Source: Octopus sinensis (Eukaryota). Taken from it: DNA of 64,000 nt. Positions 39,170 through 51,715 of this stretch are shown piece by piece. The notes below the pieces were generated by a model. The model did not search any database. It was not told where the DNA came from and saw nothing but the letters and a program-made list of their open reading frames with translations. The translations under genes and the position numbers were made by a program. The stretch covers positions 118,420,001 to 118,484,000 of the forward strand of contig NC_043000.1 of NCBI RefSeq assembly GCF_006345805.1. Direction: 5' to 3'. Every line of letters starts with the position of its first letter. The stretch's first letter is position 1.

Positions 39170-39865
39170 AGGCGGCGAGCTGACAGAAATGTTAGCACGC
39201 CGGGCGAAATGCTTAGCGGTATTTCGTCTGCCGCTACGTTCTGAGTTCAAATTCCGCCGAGATCGACTTTGCTTTTCATCCTTTCGGGGTCGATTAAATA
39301 AGTGCCAGTTATGCACTGGGGTCGATATAATCGACTTAATACGTTTTTCTGTCCTTGTCTTTCCTCTCTGTGTTTAGCCCCTTGTGGGTAGTAAAGAAAT
39401 AGGTATTTCGTCTGCCGCTACGTTCTGAGTTCAAATGCCGCCGTGGCCGACTTTGCCTTTCATCCTTTCGGGGTCGATAAATTAAGTACCAGTTATAGTC
39501 TGGGGTCGACGTAATCGACTCTTCTCCTTTCCCCAAATTTCAGGCTTTGTGCCTATAGGAGAAGTGATTATTAACTCTGGTAAATATCATAAATCGCAAT
39601 TTGTGAAACAAAAATATTGATTGTTTTGAAAACTTTTTTGTTTTTTTGCATTTCCCATTTATATCATTCATTGATATTTCACACATATTAAAGGCGGCGA
39701 GCTGGCAGAGTCGTTAGCACACCGGCCGAAATGCTTAGCCGAGGTCAACTTTGCCTTCAATCCTTTCGGGGTCGATAAACTAAGTACCAGTGAAACACTG
39801 TGGTCGATGTAATCGACTATCCCCCTCCCCCAAATTTCAGGCCTTGTGCCTATAATAGAAAGGAT
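39170..39865 (+). mobile_element. SINE family A: dimer (39170-39570) and a deleted monomer (39690-39865)
   Basis: Order head-body-linker-body-tail, junction at 39401/39402. Confidence 0.85.
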
Positions 39866-42025
39866 ATTTCATACACATTCGCATTTGATACTGTAGTTTC
39901 AAGAAAGCTAAAATATTTATGATTGCAATTGAATAGAAAAGGATAAATATGCTTTTTTTTTCAGCAATCCCCATTTGGGACTTTTCGAATAATTTATCAT
40001 AATTTCCAAAATAATTCACATATGAAGAAAATTTAAATAGTATATATTAACTCCTAAGACCTTGAGGCACATGGCCTTGTGGTTAGAGCAGCAGAATCGC
40101 GGTCGAGGGATCGCGGGTTCGAATCTCAGGTGGGGAACCTATACGCCAACGAAACTGGGAAACCGGCCCTAATGGGCCAGGCATGGCTCGAGAAGAACAA
40201 ACAAAACTCCTTAGAGTGAATATGAATAAAAAAATTTGGTTAATCTTGACATAGAGGAATAACCAACCGTCAATTGGTATTCATTACATATGAGTATACT
40301 AGAGTTAGGTAAAAACGAATGGCCTTGCCCAAGGGTTGATGATGCAATCTGATGATTGAGGTTAAGGGTTCTCATGAGAACATTCTTAAACACTACACCA
40401 TACGCTTTCACATATTGATGATATTCTCTTTTACTTATCTTTTCTCATATGTTTGTCATTCAGTGTAACAATTCCTTATCGTTGTTCCTCGATTTCTATG
40501 TTTACAGGATCCCTCCATACATTGCTACATCAATATTTGAAATAGAGACATGGATAAGTTTTATTCGTTTACAAATGATTTAAGAATGCTACCATTCATT
40601 GTATTTGGTCAGATTCCGTATAACATAAGCCGTAATAAAACCCTACGTTTATCTGTTATTCTCTTTACGAACTACCGTGAACGTGTCTTGTCATCTATAA
40701 ACTGACAATGCCTCAGGAACGTCCCCTCATGTTTCATTCATAATGTTAATATGCCAACGCAAAACCAAAGAGATTTCGACTCAGTACACATAGCTTAAAT
40801 AACTGATATTATTACAGACTTTCAACCACTGGAAACTCTAACATTTGTTTTCCATATAGAAAGCGAGACATATTTCACTTATTTAATATAGTAGTTCTCC
40901 GAGGCAGCGTATCTTCGTATTTATTACTTCAATGTGAGATATGTATCATATTTCTGTCTGATTTCTCTGAATTCTGTATTCTTATGTAGCATGATTAATT
41001 TTTTTCAAACATTACAAACAAGTCGATAAGGCTATCACACACAGAAGTAAAATAAAATTGAAATTACAATGCAGCTATCGAGTAAGAGACTCGTTGAAAA
41101 GATTATTATTATTATAATTATGAAACATTATGTTAAATAGGAAACTTATACCGTTTTAAAACGATTTATTGTCAGAGATGACGCCACATAATACTTACTT
41201 TCATTGCAATGAAAATGTAAATGTCTTTGGTCGCTCCCCAAGTTCCTCTTAAGAACCTGTGTAGAGCTTCAGTTTCGTAGCATTAAGCAAGTGAAAAATA
41301 GGTTTCCTTCGGGATTGTCACCTTATTTCCGTGAAATGAAACAGAAACCAATAATTTAGTCAAGTATATGACGAAACACCTGAATTAGATATGCAATGAA
41401 GACTTAAGAGATAAAAGACCAAAACATTTAAAATGCATAAGATTGGATTCATTCTTGCGCTGTAAGTCGAATTTTAATGATTTCTTTCAGAGCCTTCTCC
41501 TGAATTGCTTGTTCGAAACATTAGAATCCACGTTTACCCAAAGCACACGATTCTTATTCATTTATATAACTCAACACATTTTCCTTACTTGTTAACGGAG
41601 AACATCACTAGTCTTCATTTTACAATACCTATTTCTTTACTACCCACTAGGGGCTAAACACAGAGAGGACAAACAAAGACAGACAAACGGATTAAGTTGA
41701 TTACATCGACCCAGTGCGTAACTGGTACTTAATTTATCGACCCCGAAAGGGTGAAAGGCAAAGTCTTCATTTCGAATTGACGATCAACATGCGTGTGTGT
41801 GTGTGTGTGTGGTGAGTGTGTGACTCTAAAATAGAAATAGAGCGGATATGTTTTATAATAGTCGGACAGTATATTAATGGTTATAGCCAATGACCGGTAA
41901 GAAAGTTACCGATGGTTTCCCGCCGACTAACGCTCTGTCAATATCAACGACTCTGTAGACATACTTGCGGAAGTGTATAATCATTTTTATAGTGGCGGTA
42001 TATATATATATATATTATATATATA

Positions 42026-42100
<75 letters not shown>

Positions 42101-42119
42101 CACACACATACATACACAC

Positions 42120-42153
<34 letters not shown>

Positions 42154-42156
<3 letters not shown>

Positions 42157-42394
42157 GTTAAGAGCGCGGACTACTAACCCCAAAATTCCGAGTTCGATTC
42201 CAGACAGTGACCTGAATAATAATAATAGTAATAACAACAACAACATCGAAAAATACCTTAGGAATGTGAACCCAGGTTCGAAATTTCCCCAAGACAGCTG
42301 ATGAATGCAGGAGATTATATCAGCCCAAACGTTGTATTAACAACAAATAAGATGAGGACAAATATCCGTCAAATGTAAATGATGTAAATAATGT
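42154..42394 (+). mobile_element. SINE-like element: tRNA-like head, (AAT/AAC)n spacer, hammerhead-like segment, (AATGTAAAT)n tail
   Basis: gtggttaagagcgcggactactaacc...gagttcgattcc; CTGATGA at 42298; cagccCAAAC at 42321-42330; tandem aatgtaaat tail. Confidence 0.6.
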
Positions 42395-42711
42395 TTTTCT
42401 CTGTTGTTATATTTAAGGGCGTATGGAAAAACACGACATCGGACGTGTTTTCCCATACGCCATCAAATATATTTTTAACTTGAGTGATAGACTTGCTGAT
42501 ATACAGACACAAAAATCTAGAACAAAGTACGAATAGAAAGATAAAAACTTATCTAACAATGAGTAAAGACCCTTTTTTAAAACGTATATATAATAAAGCA
42601 TATAATAAGAGAAATGGATTAAACAATCCAGCCAAATAGCAATGAAGCACTCAGTTTTAAACGAACTTGATTAATTATATCCAACAAACAACAATAAATG
42701 CAAGTAGAAGG

Positions 42712-43055
42712 CAGTGAGCTGGCAGAAACGTTAGCACGCCGGGCGAAATGTGTAGCCGTATTTCGTCTGTCGTTACGTTCTGAGTTCAAATTCCGCCGAG
42801 GTCGACTTTGCCTTTCATCCTTTCGGGGTCGATAAATTAAGTACCAGTTACGCACTGACGTCGATGTAATTGACTTAATCCGTTTGTCTGTCTTTGTTTG
42901 TCCCCTCTGTGTTTAGCCCCTTGTGGGTAATAAAGAAATAGGTATTTCGTCCGTCTTCACGTTGAGTTCAAATTTCACTCGATAAAATGAGTTGAACACA
43001 AGGGTTGATTTAATTGACTTATCCCCGCCCCAAAGCTGCTGGCCAAAATTTGAAA
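42712..43055 (+). mobile_element. SINE family A, head-body-linker plus partial body
   Basis: Junction at 42940/42941. Confidence 0.85.
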
Positions 43056-44489
43056 CCAATAAATGCAAGTAGAATAAATATCTAAGGTAATTCTTCAGGT
43101 ATAACAAGTAGATGTAAATATCGTTCAGAAGAATTTCAAGACTTTCAGAGTATGAGGCAACAAAAATACGAATGGATAAAATCACATCTTTAATTGGTGA
43201 TTCTACCATATAATACCGACGATAATTTCTGTTGTATCAAGATATTTAGATACAGAATATAACAATCAAATTAATATATCCGAAATGAAATATTAACACA
43301 ACCTTATCAAGGCAATCCAAAATTGATAAAATTCAAAGAGAACTAAGAAAATATCTCTTGTAGACGAACGCGTAAAAAAAACGGCATATATACGAGAACA
43401 GAGTACATATGATTTTAGAAAACTTTTCTTTAAAATCTGGTAATTATTTACAAACTATAAAATATATTGTAACTGAATAGTAATTTTAATGCACATTCTT
43501 AATTCTGATGTTGAGCTGAGTGCTGAGTATGCACTAAGCCAAAATACAAATATATAATTATCAATATTAATATAGCGGCTTAGAAATTATCTAAATAAAT
43601 GAATATATTTTCTTTTATCTTTAAGCAACTCTGACAGTTCTGTGATATTTCCACTATTGTAAGCGCCAGACACCGGAATGATTTTAGTATTTAACTGCTA
43701 TGAGCGCCATAATGTATATAATGATAAAACCGTGAAGAACTATACTGTATCTTGTCTATGGAAAGCGAGAAATTTGTTAATGATAAGGAAGTTACAATAA
43801 GCTTTGGGCGAAAAATGATATTAGATATCAGTGATTAGTTTTCATTTTAGAAGTTCAGAGGAAATGAAACGATGGGATATGCTTCACACTTACATTAAGT
43901 TAACAAAAACTACTGGTGTAGAATAATTGAAATCTGGTAAGCTAAATCTGTGAGCTGGCAGAATCGGTATCACGTCGTAAAAAATGCTTAGCGGCATTTC
44001 TTCCGATTCTTTACGTTCTGGGTTCGAACCTGCCGAAAGTAACTTTTCCTTTCAGCCTTAAAATAAGGCACCAATCAAGTACTAGGGTCGATGAAATCGA
44101 CTTGGTCCTCCTCTCAAAATTTCTGCTCTTGAAACCTCCAACGGATCGGTACACCATTCAAGAGGAAGGTTGTGAACTTGGCCACTTATACGCCTTAGAA
44201 ACCGAGTAACCATCCTTATGAATCCTGAGGCTCAAGAAAAATCTAAAAACGAGTTGAACTTGCAGCCCGATTTTAATACTTTCTCATAAGTATTTAGGTT
44301 CAGTTACAAAGCTAATGCTCCCATTAAACATCAACATCATGAAACGCAACTTGTTCTGCAATAAACGCAAGAACTCACTATGTAAAGAATAAAGTTAATA
44401 TACGAATAATTTCGTTCTCAACTTTCACGGCAAAACATTTTCTTTATTATTCTTAAAAATACCGAACCAAAATATTTGACGTTTTACAC

Positions 44490-44866
44490 AGGCGCAGGAG
44501 CGGCTGTGTGGTAAGTAGCTTGCTTACCAACCACATGGTTCGGGATTCAGTCCCACTGCGTGGCACCTTGGGCAAGTGTCTTCTACTATAGCCTCGAGTC
44601 GACCAAAGTCTTGTGAGTGGATTGGGTAGACGGAAACTGAAAGAAACCCGTCGTATATATATGTTAGTATGCCAGTGTTTGTCCCACTAGCATCGTTTTG
44701 ACAGCCGATGCTGGTGTGTTTACGTCACCGTAACTTAGAGTTTCGGCAAAAGAGGCCGATAAAATATGTGCTAGGCTTACAAATAAAAAGTCCTACGGCC
44801 GATAAATTCGACTAAAGACGGTGTTCTAGCAAGGCCGCAGTCAAATGCCTGAAGCAAGAGAAAAAT
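44490..44866 (+). mobile_element. SINE family B, full length, with a minimal internal microsatellite
   Basis: aggcgcaggagcggctgtgtggtaagtagc...cccgtcg, tatatatat, then the tail. Shows the unexpanded state. Confidence 0.88.
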
Positions 44867-45715
44867 GAATTATATACAATCTGCTTTTCCGTCTGCCTTT
44901 CAAGTTTCTAGTGCTGAAGAAGAGATAACCACTCCGAAATGCATGCAGTCAACAGTTCGGTTATGGGGCTCTGCGAACTGATTCGTTGTACTTACACCTA
45001 TCTGTCTCCAGCGACAAATTTTCTTCAAGACAAAATACAGTGAATGGCTTTCTTACGGGTTCAAATATCCCTCAAACATTTTTTGAACTGGTAACAAGTT
45101 TGCATTTTTATACATTAAGGTCCAACACGAACTATGATTTGTCAGATTCCTATTTTATTCTTTAAAACAAGAAATAACCTCATTAATTAAATTTCGAATA
45201 ATTTGACTGCTAAGAATTTAATCGTGAAATATTGAGCATTCTAAGCAGCAGTTGGAAGAAAAACATCGACGGGTTCCTTGGTCGGACTCGAGCTTTGAAT
45301 CTACTATTTACTGGCTAATTGCGTGGACTAAGTCCCCTCATTGGACCTGTTTGTCTTTTCTGTTACCAAATTGCTATCTATAATATTACTCAAATATGAT
45401 CATTCGGTTATTTATTTGATGAGTGCGATTTAATGTAGAATGTTATGGTTAAAATCTACATTTGCAAATACATATCATTTGGTTTTCAATATCACCTCAT
45501 TATTCACATACCCTTAGGATTTATTCAGTAAGTTTGCCTCGACCAGAGAAACATGTTAAAGATACGCTTCAGTACATTGTCAAAAAATAACAAGGTAAAG
45601 CTGAAAATTCATACTCACACCGGAGTATGGAATCTTACAAATATTTAGTTTACGAAAGAGACTCTGTTTTCAGTAATATATTTCATCATTTCGTTTATTC
45701 CCCACACCACACTCT

Positions 45716-45716
45716 A

Positions 45717-45756
<40 letters not shown>

Positions 45757-45917
45757 TTGATGATGATGATATTAATATTAATAATAATAATAATAATAAT
45801 AATAACATTAACAATAATAATAATAATAATAATCACAATAATGATAATAATAATAATAGTAATAACAATAGTAATAATAATAATAAGAAGAAGAAGAATA
45901 TTAATAATGATAATAGT

Positions 45918-45982
<65 letters not shown>
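45716..45982. repeat. (AAT)n compound microsatellite
   Basis: Seen directly. Confidence 0.95.
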
Positions 45983-45983
<1 letters not shown>

Positions 45984-46454
45984 CAAGGTAAAATAAAACA
46001 GGGGTCGAATAAAAGTTTTTTGTTTTTGTTTTGTATCAACAAAGATCATGAATAGCGCTTGGTAATGGCCGCTTTAAAAACGATCCGAAAACAACAACAA
46101 AAATAAAAGGAGCGTTAATGTGTACGGTAAAATATATTGTTATATTGCATTCGTGTCATGTATCCAATAGCACTAAATAATCAAACGATATTTTATATAA
46201 ATATATTTGTATTTGTTCTGATTTTACAAACCGTTCGTGTTTGTCATTTTAACGTGTCTTATGGTTTACATCGTAAACTTGTCACTTTAAACTGCGACAA
46301 AATATTTGCATTCACAGAAATTCCTCACATTCGGAATATCATAAAACTAGTACCTATGTCTGAAATTAATAAGGAAAATTGTCACTATTTCACTATTATC
46401 CACATACTCAGAAATACTATATCAACTGCTTAGAATAAAACAGTATTTTTGTTG

Positions 46455-46485
<31 letters not shown>

Positions 46486-46512
46486 TTATATTATTATTAT
46501 TATTATCATTAA

Positions 46513-46560
<48 letters not shown>

Positions 46561-46584
46561 CATTATATCATTATTATTATCTTA

Positions 46585-46620
<36 letters not shown>

Positions 46621-46718
46621 TATCATTATTATTATTATCAGTATTATTATTATTATCATCATCATCATTATTATCATTATTATTATTATTATCATCATCA
46701 TCATCATCATCATCAACA

Positions 46719-46773
<55 letters not shown>

Positions 46774-46775
46774 CA
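46455..46775. repeat. (TTA)n/(TCA)n compound microsatellite
   Basis: Seen directly. Confidence 0.95.
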
Positions 46776-47239
46776 ATGTTGATTTAATTTTTTTTATTCC
46801 TATATATTTATTAGTTAGTTCACCACCAGGCGGCGCAGTAACCACTCACGCTCGTTGAGTGATTGACTGTTTGCATTGAAAGTATATATCAAGATACAAA
46901 CATAAACAGGTCACACTAGAAAGCAAAAACAAAAATAAAGGACAACAAAATGCTCAAATAAAGGCAAATAAACATTTGCAAGAAATCAGCATGAGCTAAT
47001 ATTTATGTATCTTTCTGTCTATGGATTCTTATTTTTGTATTTTTTGTATCTATTTTCAAATCTATGAAACGTGATGCGACGCAATAGGAATTTCTTTTGT
47101 TTGTAACTTATAAGTTATATATATAATATATATTATATATATATATATATATTATATATATATATACATATATACATACATACACACACACAACATACAC
47201 ACACACACACACACATACACACACACACACACACACAAC

Positions 47240-47282
<43 letters not shown>

Positions 47283-48207
47283 GTATGTAGTCAACTCATA
47301 TACATACATATTTATATATATATATGTACTCAAACTGATATGCATATAAATATGCATGAGTATATATACTCACATACATATTTACATATATACATATATT
47401 GATATATATTGACACAGAGATATATCAATGTAAACATACAAACATATGTTTATGTAAATATACGTATGTGTGTGTTGTGTGTGTATGTGTCTGTATACAC
47501 ACACATACACACACACACACATATATATATACGCACATACAAGCATAAAGGAGAAAAAGAGTTAAAATCCAGTCAAAAACTTTATAAGCACCCTATAGGG
47601 ATCAAGATGGCTAACTAAATTGACCAGTAAAAGCCATTGTAATGGATGTAGGCTGTAAACTTTGCGTTGCCTGAAGATTTTGTAAGTCCAAAGTTTGCAC
47701 CCAGAATAGGTTTAGTATAAGGTCGCAAAGAATAGTAGAAAAGCACAAAAGAATGCAGAATTATACATTCTTTACTCAGCTTACGCACGCTTCAGACAGA
47801 TTAACAAATCTATCCAAATTTTTTGATGCAGTCAACATGCATATTAATAAATACCATATTTGATCGGCAAAGAGAAATTAAAAGCCATCCTATACTTATC
47901 AAAGCTTTTCCGCACTGCTTGGATTATAGATTATAGGAGATTTTAATTGAGAGAGAACTAACAATAGTTAGTAGAATTTAACAATACTTGACCACTATAT
48001 AAGGGATGTGTCTCAGCAGACCTACTTAGGAATTACGTTTATCGGATCATGCTCAGGTTGTAATATGATACTTTTAGTTTCCTCAATCCCACCCGTCAAC
48101 TTGAAGATTGCTTATGGCAAAATTCCTACCCCATTTCATCAATCACTGACCAACTCAAATTCACAAATGCGATACGTAGAATCAATCTATCCAGTAACTA
48201 TTCAGAT

Positions 48208-48274
<67 letters not shown>

Positions 48275-48393
48275 CAGGTGCATGGCTTAGTGGTTAGAGA
48301 TTTGCATCCACGATTGCAAGATCGTGGTTTCGATCTTGCAACACCACATTCACAACTGATATTTATTACAAAAACACACATACACACCAGTGC

Positions 48394-49250
48394 CTAAATT
48401 TCAAATCATGCCATGCAACACACACAAAACACATCCCGTACTGTCTAGCCAGGAAAATTTGTACTATAGTAGATGATCCAAATACCAGGAACATACAACT
48501 TATAGAACTCAAAGTGTTTCTGCTCAAGCAAAATTATCCTCTTCTAAATTTTTAAAATAGCATGCCACGAGCAAAAGACACACCTATAGAACAACTTAGG
48601 GCAACTCGAGAAAGATGAACCATCAACAGAACACAATACCATTTCTAGTAACACGCAATCTGCATCACCAAAGCATTTTAACGTCATCAAAACAAATTTG
48701 CCAATCATGAAACAAAGGAAAAATTTAAAAAACATAATAACTAATCAAACACTTATCGTAAGCAAAAGGCAATCACATAACCTAAAGAAAGTATTTACAA
48801 AGGTAAGTTAAACATGAACAAGCAGGATAAAACATTCACAGTATCCAAGTGTAATGATAATAGATGTGGAACCTGGCAATACACGCATACTGGTAGATCT
48901 ATAATTAGCAAAAAAAAAAAAAAAATTGGACAGATTTTCGCCGTGACGTTTAAGTTGCATGCCGATTGGTCAAAACTGTATTCCAAAAATTTGAATTGTT
49001 GGAGCCTTCTAAGAGGTACAAAAAGTAAGAAATCAGTCATTTTCCTACATCTGCGAAGAATATTTTGAAATCTGATGCTTACTTCGAAGGTATGAAAGCG
49101 CTAATTGAACTTTATGAAGATTACAAAATATTCCTTTTAATGCCTACATTGGGAAAAAATGTATATTGTCTTAAATTACCATAATAAGAACGTGAAAACC
49201 AGACCATGTTTTAACTTTATTCAACTCATATATTATTCTATACACATTTA
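48394..49250 (+). mobile_element. Second Penelope-like remnant (post-RT region, internal deletion, 3' non-coding part)
   Basis: Across frameshifts LNFKSCHATHTKHIPYCLARKICTIVDDPN...SKRQSHNLKK...VSKCNDNRCGT parallels YLLFSSCHPKHTKINIPFNLAKRICTI and VKKCNRPNCGIC of the copy at 10-12 kb. Confidence 0.8.
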
Positions 49251-49259
49251 CACAAATTC

Positions 49260-49295
<36 letters not shown>

Positions 49296-49298
<3 letters not shown>

Positions 49299-50779
49299 GT
49301 ACACAGAAATAATTTATTCCCAAAGGTAGGATAATGCTAATACATTAGCATGAACAGGATAAAATATCCATATATTGCAGAAAAATTTGTCAACGGCCAG
49401 CCATAAGACTCGAACCCACATCCCTGTGATTACGCGTCAAGTGCTTTACCTTTAAGCTAAACTGCCCAGTGTCGAATTGTTCTGCAAGTTTAGGATTTAT
49501 AAATCTAGCTTTATAAGACGCTAACGTTAATTTCAACTTACGATGAAAGTAAACAAAGTTTGCTTTAGAAGCGTTAAGATGTATTGAAAGATGCAGAAAT
49601 AATTTATTCTGACAAATTTTTCTGCAATATATGGATAGGTTTATCCTGTTCATGCTATTGTATTAGCATTATCCTGCGTTTCAGAATAAATTATTTCTGT
49701 ATCTTTCAATACACCTCAACGCTTCTAAAGCAAGCTTTGTTTACTTTAATCGTTAGATGAATTTAACCATACATACACACACACACACACGCACGCACAC
49801 AATACATACACACATATATATATACACACACATATATGTATATGCACAAATGCATATATATGATTGAGCATATAAACAAATTGGTTGCTTGTTTCTCTGG
49901 GATTAATCAAATTGATGTAGACGCCTCAGATGAGAAACTCGATTAAGAGTGTTCTTTTTTTCAGTCTACGGAGAACAGCTAAATTATCCATTTTTATAAA
50001 GGTATCATATATATATATATATAATATATATATATATAGATATATATATATATTATATATATATATATATATATACGTACACAGAAATAATTTATTCCCA
50101 AAGGTAGGATAATGCTAATACATTAGCATGAACAGGATAAAATATCCATATATTGCAGAAAAATTTGTCAACGGCCAGCCATAAGACTCGAACCCACATC
50201 CCTGTGATTACGCGTCAAGTGCTTTACCTTTAAGCTAACTGCCCAGTGTCGAATTGTTCTGCAAGTTTAGGATTTATAAATCTAGCTTTATAAGACGCTA
50301 ACGTTAATTTCAACTTACGATGAAAGTAAACAAAGTTTGCTTTAGAAGCGTTAAGATGTATTGAAAGATGCAGAAATAATTTATTCTGACAAATTTTTCT
50401 GCAATATATGGATAGGTTATCCTGTTCATGCTATTGTATTAGCATTATCCTGCGTTTCAGAATAAATTATTTCTGTATCTTTCAATACACCTCAACGCTT
50501 CTAAAGCAAGCTTTGTTTACTTTAATCGTTAGATGAATTTAACCATACATACACACACACACGCACGCACACAATACATACACACATATATATATACACA
50601 CACATATATGTATATGCACAAATGCATATATATGATTGAGCATATAAACAAATTGGTTGCTTGTTTCTCTGGGATTAATCAAATTGATGTAGACGCCTCA
50701 GATGAGAAACTCGATTAAGAGTGTTCTTTTTTTCAGTCTACGGAGAACAGCTAAATTATCCATTTTTATAAAGGTATCA
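49296..50779 (+). repeat. Near-identical tandem duplication, unit ~775 bp
   Basis: tacgtacacagaaataa at 49296 and 50074; ggtatca at 50001 and 50773. I saw only homopolymer and microsatellite length differences. Confidence 0.95.
49395..49467 (-). pseudogene. tRNA-like sequence (Thr-CGT-like), probably a SINE head or pseudogene; duplicated at 50173-50244
   Basis: GGGCAGTTTAGCTTAAAGGTAAAGCACTTGACGCGTAATCACAGGGATGTGGGTTCGAGTCTTATGGCTGGCC: A and B boxes present, CGT in the anticodon loop, imperfect stems. Confidence 0.55.
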
Positions 50780-50786
50780 TATATAT

Positions 50787-50850
<64 letters not shown>

Positions 50851-51502
50851 AAGAAGAAGAAGAAGAAGAAAAAGAAATGGGAGATTGGTAGGTTAATAAT
50901 GTTTATTATTAAAAGCAAATAAATCATCTTCCCTTACAGCTGTTTCAATTAATAATCAGTAAATATTAAGTAAATATTAAATTATTATATCTACTAGTTG
51001 GGAGCTTGAAAAGTCGAGTGCCGTCTGACACTCGTGCTCCTCTCCCACACGGATAATGCTAGTGGCGAGGGTTACACCTCATTCTATAGTTAGCAGAGGC
51101 AAAGCACATTCGGGCCGGGGTAGGCAATAAAGAATTTGATAGACGACCAAAAATGTGAGACTTTTGAGAATATTCTCCTGACGAAAAGGTCATTGCCTTT
51201 GTGATTATTTAATGGATAATACATTATCGAAGTGTGGCAAGGTTTTTTGAAACGATCGTAGAGATGAATTTCTAATGGACTCTTTTCTGATTATCGCTTT
51301 GTCCTTTATTTATTTATTTATTTATATTCTATTTTATTTTTCTTAACTTAAATTTTAGTCGCATTGATTTGATCCATATACTTTTTTTCATATACTTTCT
51401 TTATTCTACTCCATTCGTATTGCCTTTCCGGTTTTATCAGATTTTGTATTCGAATATGTATTGGGTATGGTAGATGAGTTCAGCAAAAGTTTATATATGT
51501 AT

Positions 51503-51569
<67 letters not shown>

Positions 51570-51614
51570 ATACATATATAAACTTTTGCTGAACTCAGCT
51601 ACCATGCCCAATAT

Positions 51615-51715
<101 letters not shown>

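Noticed and set aside
47786-47815. 9-bp stem followed by GAAGC on the minus strand, like hammerhead stem II
   Set aside because: The CUGAnGA half of the core is absent.
49395-49467. Functional tRNA-Thr gene
   Set aside because: The acceptor, anticodon and T stems have several mismatches and the sequence is embedded in a repeat. Listed as tRNA-like only.
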